Origin: an uncultured Elusimicrobiales bacterium
GTDB taxonomy: Bacteria > Elusimicrobiota > Elusimicrobia > Elusimicrobiales > Elusimicrobiaceae
Length of the DNA stretch: 40,163 bases
Assembly: GCA_944324735.1 (NCBI GenBank)
Contig: CALUXL010000106.1
Span: forward strand, 1 to 40,163
Reading direction: 5' to 3'
Shown: piece by piece, positions 34,710 to 40,163 of the stretch
Layout: every line of letters starts with the position of its first letter
Position numbering within the stretch: the first letter of the stretch is position 1
Notes under the pieces: model-generated
Told to the model about the DNA's origin: nothing
Seen by the model: only the letters and a program-made list of their open reading frames with translations
Database searches by the model: none
Program-made: the position numbers and the translations under genes

Positions 34710-35753
34710 ATGGCAGAAAGCTACATCATAACCATTAAGTTTACGCCAACCAGCCAAAGCCTAAAAGAAACGGAAAAGAAGCTTAACAGCACTTTTGACC
34801 GAGTGGTCAACCGTTTTAAAAACGGCTTTGGCAAGGCGTGGAAAGGGCTTAAAATAGGCGCAGGCATTGCCGCTATGGGCACGGCGCTTACGGCCCTGTT
34901 AAACCCGCTTGCCCAGCTTAATGAGCGCATAAACGCCACGCTGGATAAGGCCGGCAACATTAAAGACCGCGCCCAAGGCGCCGGAACGGACATTAAAAGC
35001 TATTTGGCCTTGCAGGGCTATGCCGCCAGCAAAGGCATAAACGAAGAAACCCTGCAGCAGGCGCTTAGCCGCATGCAGGTGCTGGTGGGCGAGGCCAAGG
35101 CCGGTAACGAGAACGCCCTTTCCAACTACGCCGGCGAAACAGACATGGCCAGGGTGTTCTATAACGTCATGAACAACATCGCCAAAGTGCAGGACCCTGC
35201 CCAGCGCGCCAAACTGGCCAGCGACGTGTTTGGCCAGCGCGCCGTAGCGCAATTGGGGCCTTTGGTGACGGAAGGCTTTGTGGCCGAAGATTTTAAAAAG
35301 TTATTGCAAGGCGTGGATTTAAACAAAGCCCAAGCTGCCGTTTTGGGGCTGGACGCCAAAGGCGACCAGCAAGCCGTCTTGCAATTTAAACGGGAAATAG
35401 ACGACCTGATCCAAAAAAATAAAGTTATCACGCCCGAAACCATAAAAATGCAGGATGCCAACGCCCGGGCCACAAACAAACTGGAAAACAACCAAATAAA
35501 ATCCTATGCCGATATTGCCAGCATTGACGCACGGTTAAAAGACCTGCAAACCAAACTCTACGACTTCCTGCTAAAAATGGAACCGTTATTGGAAATACTC
35601 CACAACAGTCTTAAAACCAGTTTAGAAGGATTGGGGATGTTACCTCAAGCCGTACAAGATACCAAAGATATATTGCCGACATTAAAAAATAAATTTGAAC
35701 AATTCTTTAGAGCATTTTTAAAATCCCAAGGTGGCGGAGGAGGCGGACGATGA
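34710..35753 (+). CDS. Tape measure protein (short, 347 aa)
   Basis: Ala/Gly-rich helical sequence, hydrophobic segment, LASDVFGQ motif; follows the chaperone. Confidence 0.7.
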   Translation: MAESYIITIKFTPTSQSLKETEKKLNSTFDRVVNRFKNGFGKAWKGLKIGAGIAAMGTALTALLNPLAQLNERINATLDKAGNIKDRAQGAGTDIKSYLALQGYAASKGINEETLQQALSRMQVLVGEAKAGNENALSNYAGETDMARVFYNVMNNIAKVQDPAQRAKLASDVFGQRAVAQLGPLVTEGFVAEDFKKLLQGVDLNKAQAAVLGLDAKGDQQAVLQFKREIDDLIQKNKVITPETIKMQDANARATNKLENNQIKSYADIASIDARLKDLQTKLYDFLLKMEPLLEILHNSLKTSLEGLGMLPQAVQDTKDILPTLKNKFEQFFRAFLKSQGGGGGGR

Positions 35754-36283
35754 TTACGCAACAAGCAGACCCTGTTTTGCTTTTCTACCCGCTTACCAAG
35801 CAGGAAAATGGCGACTTAAAACCAGGCATTCCCGTTCCGCTTTATCTGTCGGAAGAAGCAACCGGCCTATGCGTGGAAAGCGAAACCGACAGCCTAAACA
35901 TCAGCACGGATTTTATCCCCGTACTTAACGAACAGGGCACCGAAGCCGGCACCGTAAAAGTGCAACAGCGGGGCGAAACGCAAAACGTAAGCATTACGCT
36001 TATCGGCAATAAAAACTCCATAGGTTTAAACATTATTTTGCCTATGCTTAAAAGCATTTTTTCCAAGGTGTTTGCCGGGCTGGACTATAAGATAGCCTAC
36101 TTTCACCAAAACGTGCTTATTTTTAACGCGCGCCTGGCCTCTTACCAAATGACGCCCGGCTCCAACGATACCAAAGTAAGCCTTACGCTTAATTTGGAAA
36201 TCGTACCCGAAAACAGCGATAAAAAAGAGCCTCAAAGTGTGGTAGGTAAAAGTTGGGACGAAGTGCTTAAGGAGGCCGCATGA
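35750..36283 (+). CDS. Probable tube-initiator / baseplate protein
   Basis: Directly after TMP; beta-rich. Confidence 0.5.
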   Translation: MITQQADPVLLFYPLTKQENGDLKPGIPVPLYLSEEATGLCVESETDSLNISTDFIPVLNEQGTEAGTVKVQQRGETQNVSITLIGNKNSIGLNIILPMLKSIFSKVFAGLDYKIAYFHQNVLIFNARLASYQMTPGSNDTKVSLTLNLEIVPENSDKKEPQSVVGKSWDEVLKEAA

Positions 36284-36528
36284 AGTGGTATCAACTTTTT
36301 AACCAGGCAGAGGTGGCCAACCTGCCCTACGTGCAAGGCACATTTGCTTTGCAGGGTTACGGCACGGCCGATGTGCGCCTGTGCCGCGGCAACGCCTTGG
36401 CCCTGGTATTTAACGGGGTATACATCCCAACAAGTCTAAACGGCCGCGTGCCCTTTGTAACCAAAGACGGCAAATACGGCGCGTATTTAGACGCCAATGG
36501 CAATGTTTGGCTGGGGGTGCAGGTGTGA
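36280..36528 (+). CDS. Small baseplate-region protein
   Basis: AAGGAGG RBS; ATGA overlap. Confidence 0.55.
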   Translation: MKWYQLFNQAEVANLPYVQGTFALQGYGTADVRLCRGNALALVFNGVYIPTSLNGRVPFVTKDGKYGAYLDANGNVWLGVQV

Positions 36529-36980
36529 AAATATTTTGCGAGCACGGCTTTTACAGCTTTGAGGCGGAAAGCCTGGACGATAAAACCCTTTTTGAACTCA
36601 ACACCGGCCTTACCCTGGTGGGGTATGGCGAACGCCTGACATTTGCGCCGCTTGCGGCCTTGCCGGAAGTATCCGTGCAGGGCCAGCCATACGGCAATTT
36701 AACGGCCAAAGTAAACTTTTGCGGCACGCCGGCTGAGGTAATGCGCGCCAACGGTTTTGTATTTGATATAAGCGCCCAAGCCCTGGCCGATAAAACCCAA
36801 ATGCGCCAAGCCCAGGCACTTTACCCGCAACTTAACGGCGGCTATATTGCCACGGAGGCACTGCCCCAGGCGGGCGGACGCTACGGGCAAAAGGTGCTTT
36901 TAAGTTTCAACGGCGTAAGCCGCTTTGTAAACAAACAATTTATTTTAAGGGGGGCCGAGTTTGAAAACGCAAGTATTTAA
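36525..36980 (+). CDS. Baseplate-region protein (GTG start at 36525)
   Basis: GTGA overlap with the upstream stop; phage-like codon usage. Confidence 0.55.
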   Translation: MKIFCEHGFYSFEAESLDDKTLFELNTGLTLVGYGERLTFAPLAALPEVSVQGQPYGNLTAKVNFCGTPAEVMRANGFVFDISAQALADKTQMRQAQALYPQLNGGYIATEALPQAGGRYGQKVLLSFNGVSRFVNKQFILRGAEFENASI

Positions 36981-37284
36981 TGCCGTTTGTGAAAACGGCC
37001 AAGTAACCGTAAACGGCGCGCCCGTGCCGGGGGCGGTGGTCTTGTCTGCCGGCGCGGCCAAAAGCCAAGGGGTGGCCGTTTTCAGCGGCCCCAACGTGTT
37101 TTATATTGCCGTGCCTATGGACACGCTGGACAGCCTAATTGATTTGGTAGGCCAACTGGCTGACGCCGTAAAAAACGGCGTGCTGGCCAGCAACGGCGGG
37201 GGCGCCATTACTGCCCCCACCTTTGCCACCGGGTTAGAGCAGGTAAAACAAAACCTGCAAACCCTTAAGGGGGCCAAACAATGA
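36961..37284 (+). CDS. Possible baseplate spike protein
   Basis: Position before the gp25-like gene; C-terminal helix-turn-helix as in short spikes. Confidence 0.4.
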   Translation: MKTQVFNAVCENGQVTVNGAPVPGAVVLSAGAAKSQGVAVFSGPNVFYIAVPMDTLDSLIDLVGQLADAVKNGVLASNGGGAITAPTFATGLEQVKQNLQTLKGAKQ

Positions 37285-37598
37285 TTAAGGACATCCAATA
37301 CAACGAAACCCAAAAAGATTTGGTCATAGTGTCTAGCGAACTGCCCCGCGCCGCCAACTTAATAGACGTGCAGCTGGGCCAGCTGTACTACCGGCCGGAC
37401 TGGGGTGTGGATTTGGAATATTTCTTAAACCCGGACTATGAAATCCAGGCCGAAAGTTTTGAAGCCTACCTGCTGCAGCGCATTGGCTTTTGGGGCATGA
37501 ACGTAATAAACTTTGCGGCCAAGCAGGGGCGCTTTGTGCGGGAAATGATTTTTAACTTTGGCAACGCCAAAGAGAACAACTCTTTAATGCGAGGTTAA
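37281..37598 (+). CDS. gp25/gpW-like baseplate wedge (sheath initiator)
   Basis: QLGQLYYRPDWGVD motif (G.....P..G). Confidence 0.65.
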   Translation: MIKDIQYNETQKDLVIVSSELPRAANLIDVQLGQLYYRPDWGVDLEYFLNPDYEIQAESFEAYLLQRIGFWGMNVINFAAKQGRFVREMIFNFGNAKENNSLMRG

Positions 37599-37600
37599 CT

Positions 37601-38407
37601 ATGCCTTACTCTACCGATCAAAACTATGTACCCGAAGACTTGGCCGACATTATGGCCCGCTTTATGCAGGGCGTTAACGACCGTTTTGGCACGTCCTACA
37701 CGGCCGAAACGTTTGTGGGCACCGGTTTCTATAAGTATTTTTACGAGGTAGCCCAAAACATCTTGGCGGCCGAAAACACCTTTGCCGAGGCCTACACCAA
37801 ACTGCAGGACTACTTCCGCCACACCAACGAAACCATAGCCATCCCCAAAACCCCGCGCGAGGGGCTTATCAAAACCTTTAAAGACGCGGGCTATGTAATT
37901 TCTATTGAGCCGCAAACGCAGGAAAACGCCGGCACGCTGGGCGTGTGCGTACTGGTGGACACGGCGGCCGAAACTTACGCCGCCCAAAAGGCCCAAATTT
38001 TAACCATGCTTAAAGACTATACCGTGGCCGGCCTTTATTACGCCGGCACGGAACGCGGCGAGGTAACCCTTTCCAACGGCCAGGTGTTTGAATTTGGCTT
38101 TTATCCGCCCGCCAAAAAGGAAGTGTCTTTAAAGTTGGATATTACCCTTTCCAAAAACAGCACCATTTTGGCCGACAAAGAAGACGAAGTAAAAGACAAG
38201 CTGCTTGCCAATTTGGCGCAGTTATACACGCTGGGCAATAACTTTGAGCCGGAAAAATACTTTACCATTTCGCGCGACGCGCCTTACGCCTCAGCCGTCA
38301 AACTGCAATGGAAAACGGACGGGGCCTACTCCGGCGACATTTACCAGGCCAATTTTAAAGATTTGTGGCTTTTTAGCAAAGAGCGCATAGAGGTGGTGAT
38401 TGCCTAA
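37601..38407 (+). CDS. Baseplate J-like protein (short)
   Basis: Position after the gp25-like gene; AGT..V.V and V.LKLDITL motifs; GAGGT RBS. Confidence 0.55.
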   Translation: MPYSTDQNYVPEDLADIMARFMQGVNDRFGTSYTAETFVGTGFYKYFYEVAQNILAAENTFAEAYTKLQDYFRHTNETIAIPKTPREGLIKTFKDAGYVISIEPQTQENAGTLGVCVLVDTAAETYAAQKAQILTMLKDYTVAGLYYAGTERGEVTLSNGQVFEFGFYPPAKKEVSLKLDITLSKNSTILADKEDEVKDKLLANLAQLYTLGNNFEPEKYFTISRDAPYASAVKLQWKTDGAYSGDIYQANFKDLWLFSKERIEVVIA

Positions 38408-38928
38408 TGCAGTATTTTAAAGGGGACGACGTAGAAATTAAACTCAGCGGTTCTGCGCAAGCGGTTTTCCAAAACCTGCAAACGGAACTGACCGCCTGGT
38501 TTAACGACGCCTACAACAGCGCAGGCCTGGGCGCCATTTTGTACGACCGCAACCTGGTGCCCTTAAGCCAAACCATCGCGCGGGACGTGTTTATCAAAAA
38601 CTATGGCGAGATTTTACGCCGCTGGGAATACGTGGGCAGTTTTGAAAGCTACCTGTATGTGTTTATGCAGATATTTGGCCCCAAGACGCAAATTAATTTT
38701 GAGCGCCTGCGCCCCGGCGCTTTAAAAATATACATCGTAACGGACCAAACCGGCTTTATCAACTGGCTTAGCCAAAAAGCGCAGGAAATACGCACCCAAA
38801 GCGGCCAGCCCCTTATGTTTAAACAGGTGCTGGGCATTGAAAACTTTTACGAGGTGCAAGGCGTGCTGGACAGCCTAAACCCCGCCGGCATTTATTTGGA
38901 AGTAGATTTTAGATTAATCGTAAATTAG
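38407..38928 (+). CDS. Baseplate wedge protein (gpI-like)
   Basis: GS.ESY......IFG motif; between J-like and fibre genes. Confidence 0.55.
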   Translation: MQYFKGDDVEIKLSGSAQAVFQNLQTELTAWFNDAYNSAGLGAILYDRNLVPLSQTIARDVFIKNYGEILRRWEYVGSFESYLYVFMQIFGPKTQINFERLRPGALKIYIVTDQTGFINWLSQKAQEIRTQSGQPLMFKQVLGIENFYEVQGVLDSLNPAGIYLEVDFRLIVN

Positions 38929-38937
38929 GAGCGAACT

Positions 38938-39645
38938 ATGGCAGACGGAATTTCTATAACCGATTTGGAACAAAAAACCGAAGTTACCGACAACGATAAC
39001 TTTGCCGTTGATAACGGCGCTATTACCAACAAAGTAACCGCCAAGCAAATTAAAGACTATATGGGGCCCACGTACGTCAAAAAAGCGGGCGACACCATGA
39101 CCGGCCCCCTACAACTGCCCGCCCCGGCGGCCGGTTTGAACGACAACACCGCCATTACCGCCCAATGGGTAAACGATAAAATTGGCAATACCGGCGGCGG
39201 GTTTATTATTCCCGTGGGGGCGCTTCTTATGGGCCCTGTGGCTACAATGCCAGGCTACATTTTGTGTGATGGCCGCGCCGTAAGCCGCACGCAATACGCG
39301 GCTTTGTTTGCCGCTATCGGCACCAACTTTGGCGCGGGGGACGGAAGCAGCACTTTTAACGTGCCCGATTACAGGGGTTGTTTCCTGCGTAGGGCGGGCG
39401 GATGTGCGGGCACTATGTACCAAAAGCAACCGCAGGGGTTGCCGGATGTCGTCGGTAGCATGCCTGTAAACCCTGGCGGTAAAAATACGGGTGCTTTTTC
39501 GCAAAGTAATGGAACATCCCACAATCTATATGGAAATAGCTCAGATATTACTATTTTCGCTTCTTCCGCTTCCAACTCTATCTACGGGGCCGCTAACGAG
39601 GTCCGCCCCGTCAACTTTGCGGTTAATTACTTTATCAAATATTAG
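38938..39645 (+). CDS. Tail fibre with collar domain
   Basis: KAGDTMTG, PVGA...GYILCDGRAVSRTQYAALFAAIGT.FG.GDGSSTFNVPD.RG.FLR, EVRP.N.A.NY.IKY. Confidence 0.9.
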   Translation: MADGISITDLEQKTEVTDNDNFAVDNGAITNKVTAKQIKDYMGPTYVKKAGDTMTGPLQLPAPAAGLNDNTAITAQWVNDKIGNTGGGFIIPVGALLMGPVATMPGYILCDGRAVSRTQYAALFAAIGTNFGAGDGSSTFNVPDYRGCFLRRAGGCAGTMYQKQPQGLPDVVGSMPVNPGGKNTGAFSQSNGTSHNLYGNSSDITIFASSASNSIYGAANEVRPVNFAVNYFIKY

Positions 39646-39653
39646 GGGGTTTT

Positions 39654-39986
39654 ATGGCAAAAAAATATTGTTTTGTTCTTAACGAAGAAACCAAAGAAGT
39701 ACGCCTTGGCGCCGGCGTGGACGACGAATACTACGCCTCTATCGGCATGAAATTGCGGGAAGTGGAACAAGCCTACAACGGCAACTGGTATTTAAAGGGG
39801 TACGCCCCCGTTAAACCGGCTCCCACCGTGCAGGAACAGGTGCAGGCGTTAGAGGCACAAACCGGCCTTACCCGCACCCTGCGGGAACTGGTGCTGGCGG
39901 AAAATTCCGGCGCGAGCGATTACGTAAAACAGCAGGCTCAGGAAATAGAAACCCTGGCCGCGCCCCTGCGGGAGGCCGAACAATGA
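39654..39986 (+). CDS. Probable tail fibre accessory protein
   Basis: Follows the fibre gene; VEQAYNGNWYLKGYAP. Confidence 0.55.
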   Translation: MAKKYCFVLNEETKEVRLGAGVDDEYYASIGMKLREVEQAYNGNWYLKGYAPVKPAPTVQEQVQALEAQTGLTRTLRELVLAENSGASDYVKQQAQEIETLAAPLREAEQ

Positions 39987-40163
39987 CGCCGGAATTTTTT
40001 AACGCCGCGTGGAAAATAGCGGCCATTGTGTTTGCCGCCGGCGGTATGTGGAGCGAACTGCGCGCCATCCGCAAGGACATTGCCCGCCTGGAAGCCAAGC
40101 AGGATAAATACAACACACTCCAGGAGCGCATGGCTCGGGTGGAAGATAGTTGTGCCAACGCCC
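39983..40163 (+). CDS. Holin-like / lysis-region membrane protein (truncated by window end)
   Basis: ATGA overlap; MTPEFFNAAWKIAAIVFAAGGMW TM segment then coiled coil LEAKQDKYNTLQERM. Confidence 0.55.
   Translation, partial: MTPEFFNAAWKIAAIVFAAGGMWSELRAIRKDIARLEAKQDKYNTLQERMARVEDSCANA

Larger units (their letters stand above)
10688..40163. mobile_element. Temperate prophage with contractile-tail module (right end outside window)
   Basis: att remnant, integrase, cI, Bet, terminase, portal, capsid, tail, baseplate, fibre and holin-like genes in canonical order. Confidence 0.95.

Noticed and set aside
1-40163. CRISPR array, IS element, rRNA
   Set aside because: No regularly spaced repeats, transposase motifs or rRNA-like sequence seen.
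26009-40163. Numerous minus-strand ORFs across the late operon
   Set aside because: Shadows of tightly packed plus-strand genes with overlapping start/stop codons.

Overview
About 10.7 kb of host chromosome is followed by the left part (~29.5 kb) of an integrated temperate prophage that runs off the right edge. The host part holds a GH57/DUF3536-like C-terminus, a low-GC lipoprotein, a Sel1 protein, lolD-lolC/E, a type IV pilin-like gene, lysS, an ankyrin protein and three secreted ADP-ribosyltransferase-fold-like paralogs. The pilin type suggests an Elusimicrobium-like host (inference). The prophage boundary is a 14-bp tRNA 3'-end remnant (10688-10701) beside a tyrosine integrase. The prophage carries a low-GC leftward lysogeny operon (cI, membrane protein, unknown protein, lipoprotein, ABC-ATPase-TOPRIM, Dam-like methylase, int) and a structured-RNA-rich early region with Bet and replication genes. 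It also has a low-GC moron (proteasome-beta-like Thr protease plus peptide, then an HNH-like protein) and a very compact contractile-tail morphogenesis module with a TerS-TerL fused terminase. The most interesting observation is a MuF-type head protein with a C-terminal RNase-like toxin domain and no protein immunity gene. It is instead faced by a convergent sigma70 promoter and an ~85-nt three-way-junction RNA ending in a U-tract, a candidate RNA antitoxin or decoy. All calls come from reading motifs by eye; no searches were run.
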